Positions 51,704 through 64,000 of a DNA stretch of 64,000 nucleotides are shown piece by piece. The notes beneath the pieces were generated by a model that searched no databases, was not told where the DNA came from, and was given only the letters and a program-made list of their open reading frames with translations. Numbering within the stretch: position 1 is the first letter of the stretch; each line of letters starts with the position of its first letter. The translations under genes were made by a program, and so were the position numbers. The stretch is from Octopus vulgaris (lineage: Eukaryota): contig OX597821.1 in NCBI GenBank assembly GCA_951406725.2, positions 53,320,001 to 53,384,000 of the forward strand. Direction: 5' to 3'.

Positions 51704-53937
51704 ATCCTAAAATAATTAATTTATCAAAAAGAGATCTTGACAATGATGAAATCCAACTTCTGTCAAAAGGACTGAAATTCACACCTACACCAACAGCCAA
51801 CCACCAAGAATTAAAGGAGGATATCCAAAAATTCTGTCGAAAATTACGACTTGTAGAATTCTTCGCTAACAAAAGTAATGAGATTGATGAATCCCTAGTA
51901 AGGAATAAATCAAATTTCACCCCACCAAAAGGAAGAAATAACTACCTTGACCAATACATTGATATCCTGTCTAAATTTCCCCTTAGACGCAATACCAATG
52001 TTAGGCCAAACATTAGCAAATCAGAGATGTCTGCATGTAAACGTATACAAAACGATCAAACAATAATAATTAAACAAGCAGATAAAGGTGGTGCAATTGT
52101 TATTATGGATACCGAATACTATAAGGATTTGGTTGAAGACCAACTGAAGGATACAACCTTCTATTGTGAAATACCCGCAAATATAGACCACCACATCATG
52201 AAAAAGATCAACAACCTGATTTCAACACACCACAACTCACTTACGGATAATGAAAAAGACTACATCACCAATTTTGAACCAAAACCCAGCAACTTCTACG
52301 GCTTACCAAAAATACACAAATCAAAAAACATTCAACAGGCAGTAAAAGAACAAGAAAGTGAGTACATAAAATTATTACATCCAAAAGACCTAAAACTTAG
52401 ACCTATTATAGCTGGTCCAGCATGCCCTACACACCGTCTAAGCAATTTTATTGACATTGTTTTGAAACCACTATGTACTTACATACCAAGTTTCATCAGG
52501 GATGACATCGACTTCCTGTCCCATCTTCCCAAAACAACAGAAACAAATTCAGTTTTGCTAAGTTTTGATGTGGTAAGCCTCTACACCAATATTCCACACG
52601 ATTTAGGAATAAAGGCGATTAAATACTGGTTAGAAAAACATAGAGAAGTGATTCCCAGCAGATTCACAGTGCCATTTATATTAGACACAGTCAAACTTAT
52701 TCTAGAAAATAACACATTCTTCTTCAATGGAAAGAATTACATCCAAATTAGAGGCACGGCGATGGGAACGAGGTTTGCTCCCGTTTACGCCAACTCTGTA
52801 ATGGGATACTTAGAAGAACAACTCTACCAAGAGGTGGAGGTAAACTATGGCACTGGATTTAGAAAGTATATTGAAAAGGCATGGAAGAGATACCTAGACG
52901 ACTGTTTCATAATCTGGACAGAATCTCTAAATACTCTGGAAGAGTTCAATATCCTCCTGAACAACCTACACCCATCTCTCAAATTTACAAAGGAGATGAG
53001 TAGTACCAAATTACCATTCCTGGATATAATGGTAATTAAAAAAGACACCACCATCACCACAGATATATACTATAAACACACAGACACACATCAATACCTA
53101 AATTTTAAGTCGTGCCATCCACCACATACAAAACGTAACATCCCATACTGCCTAGCCAGAAGAATTTGTACTATTGTAGAAGATGCAAATATCAGGAACA
53201 AACGCCTAATAGAACTAAGAGAATTTTTGCTCAAACAAAAATACCCATCTCTACTTATAGAAAATGGCATACAGCGGGCTATAAAAATACCTATACAACA
53301 ACTTAGGACAACCCAAGGAAGAGGAAAACAAGAACAAGTTATACCATTCATAGTGACACACAACCCATGTCACCAGAATATCTTCAACATTGCCAAAGCA
53401 AACCTTCCAATCATTGCCCAAAGTAATGAATTAAAAGACATAATCAAGGATCGAGCTATGGTGCTTAGTAAAAGACAGCCTAAAAACTTGAAAACATTAC
53501 TAACAAAGGCAAAATTTGACCTCAGCAACAAAGACCAAACATTCACGGTATCTAAATGCAATGATAGCCGATGTGGCACATGCCAATTCATACATACCGG
53601 TCAATATATAAACACAAAAACCGGGAAAATATTCACAAACGCGAATATGAACTGCAAAAGCAGAAATTTAATTTACTGCATCAAATGCCCAAATTGTGAA
53701 GAAATATATGTAGGTCAGACGGGAAACGCACTATTAGAACGCTCACGTGTACACCGGCAACAGATTAGAGACCCAGAGGTCCGTCAGATACCTTTGAGTA
53801 ACCACCTGGCAACATGTGGTCGGAAAATATATATAATATTTCCATTCTACAAATTACACAGCCCAAGTGAAATCGAGAGGAAAATCAGAGAAAAGAATTT
53901 TATTGATAAATTCGAACCCAAGCTAAATAAGCAATAA
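51610..53937 (+). CDS. PLE ORF2 (RT + GIY-YIG), copy 2 (first ATG at 52027)
   Basis: Protein identical to copy 1, offset 4271 bp. Confidence 0.95.
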   Translation, partial: PEKNPFFYVRTTNTGERKNPRGNIPQTTERIDPKIINLSKRDLDNDEIQLLSKGLKFTPTPTANHQELKEDIQKFCRKLRLVEFFANKSNEIDESLVRNKSNFTPPKGRNNYLDQYIDILSKFPLRRNTNVRPNISKSEMSACKRIQNDQTIIIKQADKGGAIVIMDTEYYKDLVEDQLKDTTFYCEIPANIDHHIMKKINNLISTHHNSLTDNEKDYITNFEPKPSNFYGLPKIHKSKNIQQAVKEQESEYIKLLHPKDLKLRPIIAGPACPTHRLSNFIDIVLKPLCTYIPSFIRDDIDFLSHLPKTTETNSVLLSFDVVSLYTNIPHDLGIKAIKYWLEKHREVIPSRFTVPFILDTVKLILENNTFFFNGKNYIQIRGTAMGTRFAPVYANSVMGYLEEQLYQEVEVNYGTGFRKYIEKAWKRYLDDCFIIWTESLNTLEEFNILLNNLHPSLKFTKEMSSTKLPFLDIMVIKKDTTITTDIYYKHTDTHQYLNFKSCHPPHTKRNIPYCLARRICTIVEDANIRNKRLIELREFLLKQKYPSLLIENGIQRAIKIPIQQLRTTQGRGKQEQVIPFIVTHNPCHQNIFNIAKANLPIIAQSNELKDIIKDRAMVLSKRQPKNLKTLLTKAKFDLSNKDQTFTVSKCNDSRCGTCQFIHTGQYINTKTGKIFTNANMNCKSRNLIYCIKCPNCEEIYVGQTGNALLERSRVHRQQIRDPEVRQIPLSNHLATCGRKIYIIFPFYKLHSPSEIERKIREKNFIDKFEPKLNKQ

Positions 53938-54431
53938 TAATAATACTTAGAGGTATTACTTCCACTGCTACGACCATGACCACTAACAACAACAACAATA
54001 CTAAAGGTGATCAAGACGAAGATAGCAGGAAAATTATCTTATTTAGGGTTAAAAGTTCTATTGCCACCACCATCACCACTAGCAACAATAATTAAGGTGC
54101 TGACAATGATGATGATGACAATTGAAATATAAAAATATAAAAATCTCTGACAAAGGATATTTACAACATTTCTAAAAATAACCCAACAATTGCTGCTTCG
54201 GCCAGGGTCAAGATACAGGACTCTTGACCTGTCCAACAAAGCGTGATGCCTAAACCAATCAGCTCAACCAACCAATCAGCTTAAGTAATTGAGTGATACT
54301 ACACACTGATTGGTCAGAATACAGTTTGCAAAACCTAGCACTCTGGAGCCTACCCAGCTGTATTTATAGCACAGAATCACTCATCTTGCTACAGTCAAAA
54401 ATTGTGAAGCATGACTGTCAACACTACTACA

Positions 54432-54476
54432 TGAACCCGAAGATTGCAGAATTCAATGCATGAAAGTACTAGTTCA
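54432..54476 (+). ncRNA. Hammerhead ribozyme motif, terminal pLTR
   Basis: Identical to 45888-45932. Confidence 0.75.
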
Positions 54477-54604
54477 ATCAGAATGAATATTTAACATTCT
54501 ACTATTTCATTTTATTTTATTCAATTATAATATATTATCTTATAATATATCATTATAAGATTGTAAATAAAACGTGAAAATCAGACAAGGTTGGAATTCT
54601 TTTT

Positions 54605-54606
<2 letters not shown>

Positions 54607-54676
<70 letters not shown>

Positions 54677-54839
54677 AGTATGTGTGTGTGTGTATATATA
54701 TATACGTACACATATATATATATACATACACACATATATATATATACACACACACATATATATATACATACACACATATATATATACACACACACATATA
54801 TATACACACATATATATACACACACACATATACATACAC

Positions 54840-54887
<48 letters not shown>

Positions 54888-54950
54888 GTATCTATACTCA
54901 CACACATACCATATATACGCACACATAAATATGTAGACATACATATACAT
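54607..54950. repeat. (TA)n/(CA)n microsatellite, right flank of the PLE insertion
   Basis: Read directly from the sequence. Confidence 0.95.
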
Positions 54951-56399
54951 ATAACCAGCTGCGAAATGTCCCAAGCGTTGTATCATGTACGCCTAAGGGT
55001 TTCGGGTCCAAGCAGAACTGAAAAGCTTCTCACGTACTACTGATATTCAAAAGAACAATGAAGAGATGGAAATCCTTCTAATCGAATTTTCGTTTCCATC
55101 TCTGTCCCATTTATATATATATATATAATATATATGTACGTTTTATTAAGGGAGAAAATATTTTCACACACGGTTACTCAGAGTTTCATGTAACCGATCG
55201 TCTGTCCAATGGTAATGTAAAACTGAATATCAGTTCGGGAAGAATTGTTGGGCAGTAATTATTACTCTTTTTATGGCCTTCTAGTACAATTAAAACCATC
55301 TTGTCTTGTGTTTGTGGTCTGATATATATATATATATGCATTTCAGATCCACATTTCTTTTCACTATATGACTAGAAACTTATATTTAAATGGATGTGGT
55401 ACCATGCTTTCTTTATAATGATACAGTAAAAATATTTTGTCATCAATGAACGGTTAACATTGAAGGAATTGATCTGGCACCCACGGCAGTCTGAACTGTA
55501 GGTTACTGATAAAATTCTATTTGTCGCCGATGGATTTTGCAGCAAACAATGCTCTATCGCTATCATCCAATTTTTCCCTGTCCCACTATAATTCCGTTGT
55601 ATCTCTACTCTATCTCTATCTCTCACGTCCCTTTCCATCTGAATAAATCAATACGATTTACGGATAGTCAATACAAAAGCATTAAAATATTGTGCAAGAA
55701 TGTGTGGCAATTTGTATTAGCTCAGTTTTGAAGAGAAGGCTTTTAAAGCGAGTTATGATATTTGAAATGGAAACACGAGAGGTTTCTAGAAGTTATTTAT
55801 GCAAGAGATAATGCAATATATTGCCTTTTTTGTAATGTGAATAACAGCTCAATGAAAGTGTGAGTCGCAAATGCAAATATGAATAACAGAATGAACATTC
55901 ACATGTTCTTTTACGTTATTATTTACAATTTACTGACATGCATAATTTGGGTAATAACGAAAATTTAGATTGATTATATTATAAATTACAGAGTTGTTCC
56001 CATAGTGAACACACACACAAACAACATCCACGCATACACACACGCACTGTGAATATGACTGCCATAGATGTGCGAAGATCATAGTATCTTTCATACAAAA
56101 ACTTGACAGCATGTTAGTGAGTCTCCATAACTGTATCATTCAGTAAAAATAATCCTCTCAAAATATATTGATGCCTAACTCCATTATCGACGCACTAATT
56201 TTTTTTTGTGTATGTTTGTGATTGTATGCTTGTGTAACTGTGTGCGTGTTTATGATGGCGTCATGACTTCAGAGTCAGCGTTTCTATGTAGAGAATATTA
56301 AATGTGCCAAATGTTTTCGAACATAGTAATAAACATGATGATATAGATTACATGAATATACGTATGTATATACAAGGTAATGATAGCATTGTGTGTGTA

Positions 56400-56531
56400 C
56401 ACATACATACACTCATATATATGCATATATATATGCATATGTATCTTTGTATATGTATGCGTGTGCATATATATGTATTTGTGTGTTTATATATATATAT
56501 ACATGTATTTATATATATATATATACATATG

Positions 56532-56608
<77 letters not shown>

Positions 56609-56629
56609 GTATGTGCGTATATATATATG

Positions 56630-56688
<59 letters not shown>

Positions 56689-56951
56689 GCATATATATGC
56701 ATATTTATATGTGTGTGTATGTGTGTGTATAAAAGCTATTATGCTGATAAATAAATTAGACAGCTCAAATATATTTAACATATTCCATGTGTCTAATTTG
56801 TTTATCCGCATATTCGCTTCTATACCCGCTCAGTTCGATCTCTCTTATAACCTTTGTTTGCCCTGTGGAATGATCCTCTGTAAAGACACCGGAGTCTAAG
56901 CACTACTAAGTCTTTTCCATATGGAGAATATCTAGCTCTCATCTGTGAACT

Positions 56952-57030
<79 letters not shown>
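56400..57030. repeat. (TA)n and (TC)n microsatellite tracts
   Basis: Read directly from the sequence. Confidence 0.9.
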
Positions 57031-59138
57031 CACAAATATGAGAGAGAATCCACTATGTGAACGCTCTAACGCTAAAAATAGATCCGCAATCGTCTCAACC
57101 ACTAAGAATTGTTCTCAAGAAAAGTTTAGCACAACTATGAAGGTAAGCGAGCAGGACAAATGAAGAATAACAAAAATATAGATTAACCCCAGACAATTGT
57201 TTCACTGATAATAAATTATGCAATTTTACTTACACAATAAATCTACAGATCCTCAGTGAGATTCGTCATAGATATAATTTGTCGAATTGCACGTCAGATA
57301 TTAACACGAAGTCAAAAACACGAGTAGTTCGGCCTATTATATTCGCAGTTATGTTCAAATGGGTATTTTGCAGTAGTTCTTTGAATTGTTTGTATTCATA
57401 ACTTTAAGGCATTGTGGATCCGAAACATCCCGTGACATCTCAGTGAATTCAGTAAAACTTACTTGCAGTCATTAGTTCCCAAGGTTGATTTCAGAAACTC
57501 GAAACGTGTTGGTCAAAAGACTGTTTTGCCCACCCGCCCGTGCAAATCCTTGTAAATGAGTGAGCTTCGTAACGTAAAAGTTCCAAATTAAGAATCTGTT
57601 GCCATTGTACATTACCCTGTAAACGAAATTGTAACTGAATGTTACTTACCTTTTCTTGACTCAACATAGAACAGAAACTGAAACTCTGCCGTGACCTTTG
57701 TTACACACACACATACACATTTCAAATTAAATACAAAATACTGTTTCTCCAGTGTGGTACTAGTTTCTTATCAACAATTTATTACCCCACTGCTTTCTCT
57801 AATCATGAAAAAATAAAATGATTATTTGAATATATAAACCACATTCTTTTCTGTCACTCTTGTTAAGTATTATGCGGTAAAAGGACGTAACGCACATATT
57901 ACTTTAACCTATAACTTGTTTTGATATTCAAAAGTTATGTTGCGTAATATAGTTCTAAATATACACATAAATGAGATGGTTACGGCTAGTATTCATTTGA
58001 TTCTACAACTTAAGTTTGATCCATGTTTATACAACATGTTTATATCACATCACAAAAGTTTTGCAGATTTAAAGAATTAATATGTATTTTAGTGATGGTA
58101 TCATTTTAATGATAGGAATAATGGTATAGTTCTGGAAAATAAGTAGGTACTTGGCTATCATAAATTTAGTGAAATCATTGCTGTCCTGCAGTTGAATAAT
58201 ATCTATGATAAAAATATTTCACAAGCCAATAAAAATTTCCAAATAGAAAGGTCTTTCAGTTTCCATTAAGATCTTGTATATGCCAACATTTCAATGCCAA
58301 TATATATCTTCAATATAAAATGTTATCATCATATAAGACTGTATTACTTGTGAGGTATCACGCAAGAGATATACGGTACAGACACGTCAAGATTAAGATA
58401 GTAATATATATTACCGAAAGACTTCATCCATATTTAAAAGAAATTCTCATTCGAATATGCATTTAGCTTTCTCCCACAGTATTGTACTGTGTCTCACTCT
58501 ATGCAGTTATTATCCTTGCCTTACATTTCGGACATTTTTTAAGTTTACACTAGACGGTATCAACTGCTATCACCGTTTACACCGGTAAAAGCAATTCATT
58601 TCTACATTTTGAAATACGAGTATGTAAGATTGTATCTAATACAATCTTAGTATGTAATACGAGATTGTACTAAGTAAAGTGAAAAATTTAAACAATATCC
58701 TGTCTTTACATTAGATACATCAACAAAATTGTGCAAGGAAATTACTTAAATAGTACAAATGCTTTTGTTTGTTTTTTCCTGAAAATATCCCTCACAATTT
58801 TAGAATCAGAATTCCGCTGAGGTCTACAATTCTTATCATACCTTCCCAGTCGATAACAATATGTAATAGTCAAGCTTGGGAGTCGATAAAAGCGACAAGA
58901 CAATCTCCCATGCAAAATTGTTTTAGGCCTTGTGCCTATCGTAAAGAGGCTTTCTTTAGAATCAGAAGCCATAGCTTATTCCAAATTTCAGCACACCTAC
59001 AGAAACAGCCGGGCATAATTCTGCATCTTAATACGATCCCTGTTCTAACATTATTCTCTTAAGTTTTTGCTAGAATTATTTTGAAAATGCTGATAGTTAT
59101 TTGAAAAGATTGGTGAAACTCTTTATGTGAAGCACCTA

Positions 59139-60422
59139 TGAGATCATCCCATAAGTTCTGTCCGGTTTTACCTTTTTTAAAATTGAATGAAATTTAATGG
59201 TATTTTAGAATGTCTAATGGAATTTAAAATTATTTTTATGCCTTTGTGTACATTTAAACTAATTAAATTTTATTTTACAGAATAACAGAATTAAAATTTC
59301 TTACATTAAAACCCTTTCTAACATGGAAGTATCCAAAGAGCATTTAAGGCAGATAATGCGTTATGAGTACAAGAAAGGAAACTCTCCAGCCGAAGCGACT
59401 CGAGACATATACTCAGTTTATGGGAAAGAATGCTTGAATGAAAGAAGATGCAGAAGATGCTTTGCAAAATTCAGAAGTGGAAATTTCAGCCATGAAGATG
59501 AGGATCGAACAGGATGTCCAATTGAATTTGGTGATAAGCTCCTTGAGGCATTACTTGAAGAAAATCCTGCATTATCAGTTGAAGAATTGGCAATAAAGCT
59601 TAGTTCAAATCATACAACTGTTCATCGTAATCTTCAATAACTTGGACAAGTTCCAAAACTTGGGAAATGGGTGCCTCATGAATTGTTCGAAAGCAACCGC
59701 AAATCCCCAGTTGACATATGCTCTTCTCTCCATTCTCGCGAATTCCTTTCACCCTTTTTGGATAGACGTGTGACTGGTGACGAAAAATGGATCTTCTATC
59801 GAATGTTAGCGTCGTAAACAGTGGCTTTGTAAAATGGAAAAAGCTCAACCACAACCGAGAAAGGAACTTCATAGGAAACAGTTTCTTCTCTCTATCTAGT
59901 GGGATTGCAAAGGAGTAATTTCCTTTGAATTGTTACCACCTTATGCAACAATCATACTCAAGTCTACTATTAGCAATTAGAGCGTTTGAATCAAGCTTTG
60001 AAGAAAAAAGACCCGCTTCAGTGAATCGAAAAGAATTGATGTTTCATCAGGACAGTGCGCGATTCCACACTGCAAAGATCACATCATTGAAGATCGAAGA
60101 GCTTGGTTGAGAAAAAATTCATCATCTACCCTTTTCCCCCAACCTTGCTCCTTCACACTACCATTTGTTTCGTAGTTAACAGAATCATTTGAGGGACATA
60201 ACTTTCGCAAGCCAGGAGGAGGTCGAAACTGACATTTCAGAGTTCTTCGCTTTGAAAACAAAAAAGTCTTATATTGAGGGTATTAAAAAGTTTGTAAAGA
60301 GATGGAAGGAAGTCATAGATAATCAGGGAAAGTACATTGATGATTAAATTTCAATTAAATATAACATTTGATCACTTGTTTTCTTGATTCAAAATTCGGT
60401 CAGAACTTATGGGATGACCTGA
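59139..60422 (+). mobile_element. Full-length inactive mariner transposon
   Basis: TIRs tgagatcatcccataagttctgtccggtttt / aaaattcggtcagaacttatgggatgacctga flanked by TA; ~1.28 kb. Confidence 0.92.
59323..60347 (+). pseudogene. Mariner transposase pseudogene
   Basis: HTH-type N-terminus, WVPHEL, TGDEKW, HQDSARFH and PNLAPSHYHLF, ending GKYIDD*. Contains in-frame stops and frameshifts. Confidence 0.9.
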
Positions 60423-61196
60423 TAATTTACGTGCATGTCTATGTAAATATGCATGACGATGTCAGCAGGCCCTGCTTGTTCTGATTCATGTGAGGTAAAC
60501 TCCAATTTTCTATTCAGTTTGATATTATACTTAGTCATTAATCCATTACATTGTTTTACTGTTACTTGGTGAAATACTAATGAACCTTAAAGTTGTGTCA
60601 AACATTAGCAACAGTGAAACATTGTTGTAATTATATTCAAAATGGTTGTTTAGTTATTGTAAAAAAAATGCCATTTGCTAACACTATTCATGTGATAGAA
60701 CTCACGCTCTGCCTCATACCCACGCATATAAAATATATGTATGTTTTTTTTTATATATATAGTTATTAATCGCAAGTTATTTGAAGTCATTTCCAATATA
60801 TATTGTGAAGTATGTGAAAGGGTGAAACTAAACTATTAATTTTCAATAATCTGTCAAAACGTGTATCGGCACCAACGTAAAATAGAGATCAGTTAAAACA
60901 AAAAAATTTATGTTATTATTTCAATATCATAAATCGATTAGTCAATCCTTACTTTGCTACAAATTAATAACTTATACAATCAGTTAACTAGGAATTAATT
61001 TGTATGTCTAGATCTAGGAAAGCATTAAATATCTGATATTGATTTTCGTACAGCTAATTCCTTTCATATCATCAATTTATATCTTCCTGATGGCCAGATC
61101 ATTGGTTCACTGCATTCTATTGCATAATTATGATACGAAGAGTATGTCAGTACACCTTGAGCAGAATCAATACTTCACTGGGTATATTTATTCAAA

Positions 61197-61285
<89 letters not shown>

Positions 61286-61456
61286 AGTAGTTGAATGAAT
61301 TATCTTGTTATGGATAATTCGGTTAACCGATACCTGGGTAGCAAATTCACATCAGAGAAGACACGGTTGAAGTAACGTGTGGAAATTTGTATGTTTTTTT
61401 TAAATATAAATATATGAAAGAATGGAGTTGAACGACGAATTAACAAAATTCCTTTA

Positions 61457-61539
61457 TTTTCGACATATGTTTCGAAGGCTGCATATTCCTAATTGCGAAG
61501 GAATAAGGAGTATATTATGTCGCTTTCTCATCAGGAAAA
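61457..61539 (-). ncRNA. Type I hammerhead with canonical core and extended stem II
   Basis: Minus strand ttttc-CTGATGA-gaaagcgacata...tatgcagccttc-GAAA-catatg-TC-gaaaa. Confidence 0.75.
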
Positions 61540-61694
61540 ACAAGGAACTTATGTCAACATCAAGATGCACAAAAAACTTTCAGATGACTGCTCACACGGA
61601 GCCCATAGCGATAATGGGCTATGGGCTATGGGCTCCGTGTGAGCAGTCATCTGAAAGTTTTTTGTGCATCTTGATATTGACATAAGTTCCTTGC

Positions 61695-61777
61695 TTTTCC
61701 TGGTGAGAAAGCGGCATAATATACTCCTTATTCCTTCGCAATTAGGAATATGCAGCCTTCGAAACATATGTCGAAAA
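61695..61777 (+). ncRNA. Hammerhead copy with mutated core (CTGGTGA)
   Basis: Same fold as 61457-61539 with an A>G change in the core. Confidence 0.6.
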
Positions 61778-61812
61778 TAAAGGAATTTTGTTAATTCGTC
61801 GTTTAACTCCAT

Positions 61813-61864
<52 letters not shown>

Positions 61865-62304
61865 GTGTGTGTGTGTGTGTGTATGTGTGTATATACCTAC
61901 AAACATATGTATGCATATATACATATATATATATATATAATTAATAAGAAGAATGGCCACTGAAGTGGATTCCTAATATGCCAAAGATAGACGTCAAATC
62001 GTTCTACAACGAAGTGTGTGTTCTCAAGATTAAAATCTCAGCAAAAACCAAAGAATGTAGAAATAAGCTAGGCAAATGAAAATATAGAAAATAAAGCGAT
62101 TACCTACGTATCATGGTTTCGTTATTAACACTTGCATAACGCAAAATACAAAATGCAAATATCTGTAACTTCTCAGCGTAGTATGTCGCATTTTAAAACA
62201 TATATTTCACAGAACTATGCACAATTGCTACCCTCATTATTTAATATATACCTATATATACATATACATTCATATACATCTATATATATATATATGTACA
62301 CACA

Positions 62305-62354
<50 letters not shown>

Positions 62355-62360
<6 letters not shown>

Positions 62361-62560
62361 TAATCCAAACAAGAAAGCACAAAAAAACACAACAAAGCGA
62401 GGACGTGGAACAAATATAGTATTATTGGACGCTCAGGAAAGAAAGAGGGTTTCACGTTTCGAGCGGAGCTCTTCGTCGGAAACATAGAACGAAAGATCCA
62501 GAGAAGGGAAGACATAGGAAAAAAAAATCGCCAACGGTACGCACGCGGTCACATTTTGAA
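62355..62560 (-). mobile_element. Short pseudo-LTR-like relic with hammerhead-like motif (62449-62483)
   Basis: Minus strand gttt-CCGACGA-a-gagc(tcc)gctc-GAAA-cg-TG-aaac, between TA tracts. Confidence 0.6.
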
Positions 62561-62619
62561 TCATATATATATACACATATATATACAATTTTTTAAATCG
62601 GATTCAGCTTAAAGATGTA

Positions 62620-63722
62620 GTCATGCTGAGGTACCGCCGTTTTGTTGCAGTGTTATTATTGAGGGCCTCCTTTGATATGTAGAATTTGGTGAAGGAGCGA
62701 GTTTGATATCTTGCCCTCATTTGCGCCTCATGCCTTGAGGTAGGTTCGTTTGGGACTCTCAACAGGAAGAGATCTAGATTTGTTTTCAAAATACTTCTAT
62801 CCACTTTGTGTAGCTCTCGGAGGATCCTTGGGAAAATTTAAGAAATAGATGTGGGCTCTTGAAACCGGGGCTGTTGCAGTAACTGTTCTTAAGGCGTGAC
62901 GGCATTGTTGGGATCTAGGCATTGTGAATTGATCACCCGTTCTGGTTATTGTGTAGCTTTAAATGACAAAATGTGGCGCAACTCCTCCCCGCAAGAATCT
63001 TCCAGATGTATATTATTGCATATCTCTTTCACCTGCGAATAGAGTCTTGGCTGTTTTAGTTTTTCCCAGTAGCTGAGCTTTTACAACGAGACGATCTTCT
63101 TTGTGAAACTTTACTGGATTGCTTCAAGGTCCACTGCTAATTTTACACTGTGCGCTGACAATAGTTGGGTGATGTATTTAAGAGGGTTTCCTTCTCTCTG
63201 GATCTGAAGGTTCTCAGGATCCATCCATCCAGCCGTCCCCTTGGAAAGAGGTATCAACACTCATGTCCATACCCAGGTCACGCACTTATTTAGGTTCAGA
63301 GAATGTGATCGTCCTTGGCATCTGCTCTGCTTTCTCCTTTATCGATTGGGCACATTATTCCCTTCTGCAGTTTCCTTGGCAGCTAGCCATTTACAAGAAA
63401 TCCTGGAAGAGAACCTGTTGTGTTTTCTCCAGGACACGTTTACACGATTGGAAGAGGAATGCTGGGAAGCCATCAGGCCCAGCAGTTGAGGGCCTTGGCT
63501 AGTATTATATCTTCTTCACCAATGAAATTTAGTCGGCAAAGAAATCCACTGGTTCGTTCACTTTTTTGTGTTTCAACTGGGCGGTAAAGACACTTTTGAA
63601 CCGCTCGTTTAGTATCTCCTTGATCCTGGTTGGGTTATCTGTGAGAGAACAATCCTTCTGGAAGAGAGGTCCTATTTTGCAGTATACTGAGGCTTTTTCG
63701 TTGGCATAATGAAAGAAGGCCA
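62620..63722 (-). mobile_element. Decayed, internally deleted CR1-like LINE
   Basis: Minus-strand IGPLFQKD..EILNERFKSVFT, GPDGFPAF, SYWEKLKQPRLYS and ILKTNLDLFLLRVPNEP. Confidence 0.7.
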
Positions 63723-63724
63723 TC

Positions 63725-63773
<49 letters not shown>

Positions 63774-64000
63774 GTGTGTGTGTGTGAGTCTGTATATATA
63801 TATATATATATACATACACACACACATACATTAACAGTGAGCCTGAACCTTGCTTCCTTACTTGCAATGTTACCCGCCCAAACTGGCGAATAATGGGAAA
63901 AATACTATGAATATGAATTAAGTTGCCCCTGAAATGTGAATACGAACATAATAATCAAGTTTCACGTTAGTCCAACAACTGGTTATTGAGATAGTAGGGT

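Larger units (their letters stand above)
44091..54605 (+). mobile_element. Penelope-like retroelement composite insertion (C-terminal GIY-YIG, Neptune-like Cys linker): inverted pLTR, truncated copy and two full tandem units
   Basis: RT and GIY-YIG motifs, a 4271-4273-bp tandem period, a 711-bp inverted pLTR, hammerheads, and (TA)n on both flanks. Confidence 0.95.
61410..61824. mobile_element. Palindromic PLE pseudo-LTR-like pair (~200-bp arms)
   Basis: The arms are near-perfect reverse complements, each with a hammerhead followed by AATAAA; the right arm runs into (TA)n. Confidence 0.8.

Noticed and set aside
44091-54605. LTR retrotransposon, group II intron, or Naiad/Chlamys-type PLE
   Set aside because: No protease, RNase H or integrase. 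The GIY-YIG domain is C-terminal and the frame has no in-frame TGA codons.
61422-61812. Twin 87-aa ORFs on opposite strands
   Set aside because: A by-product of the palindrome; antisense to the ribozyme-bearing strands and without known motifs.

Overview
AT-rich, repeat-saturated animal genomic DNA. The tRNA-derived SINE families and long (TA)n/(TACA)n tracts suggest an octopus-like cephalopod (inferred). I found no confidently callable host gene. The dominant feature is an intact, apparently very young Penelope-like retroelement (PLE) insertion at ~44.09-54.61 kb, inside a (TA)n microsatellite. It consists of an inverted pseudo-LTR, a triple-stutter junction, a 5'-truncated copy and two near-identical 4.27-kb tandem units. 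Unlike canonical single-ORF endonuclease-positive PLEs, each unit has two ORFs: a 430-aa coiled-coil/basic ORF1 that overlaps, in the -1 frame and across an in-phase U_UUU_UUU slippery heptamer, an RT + GIY-YIG frame whose conserved N-terminus has no ATG. Each pseudo-LTR carries a minimal hammerhead ribozyme with a CCGAAGA core variant. Several smaller hammerhead-bearing PLE relics and fold-back mini-elements are scattered across the window. Also present are three mariner remnants, RTE- and CR1-like LINE fragments, a decayed PLE RT of a different lineage, and many SINEs. All calls are by eye; no searches were run.
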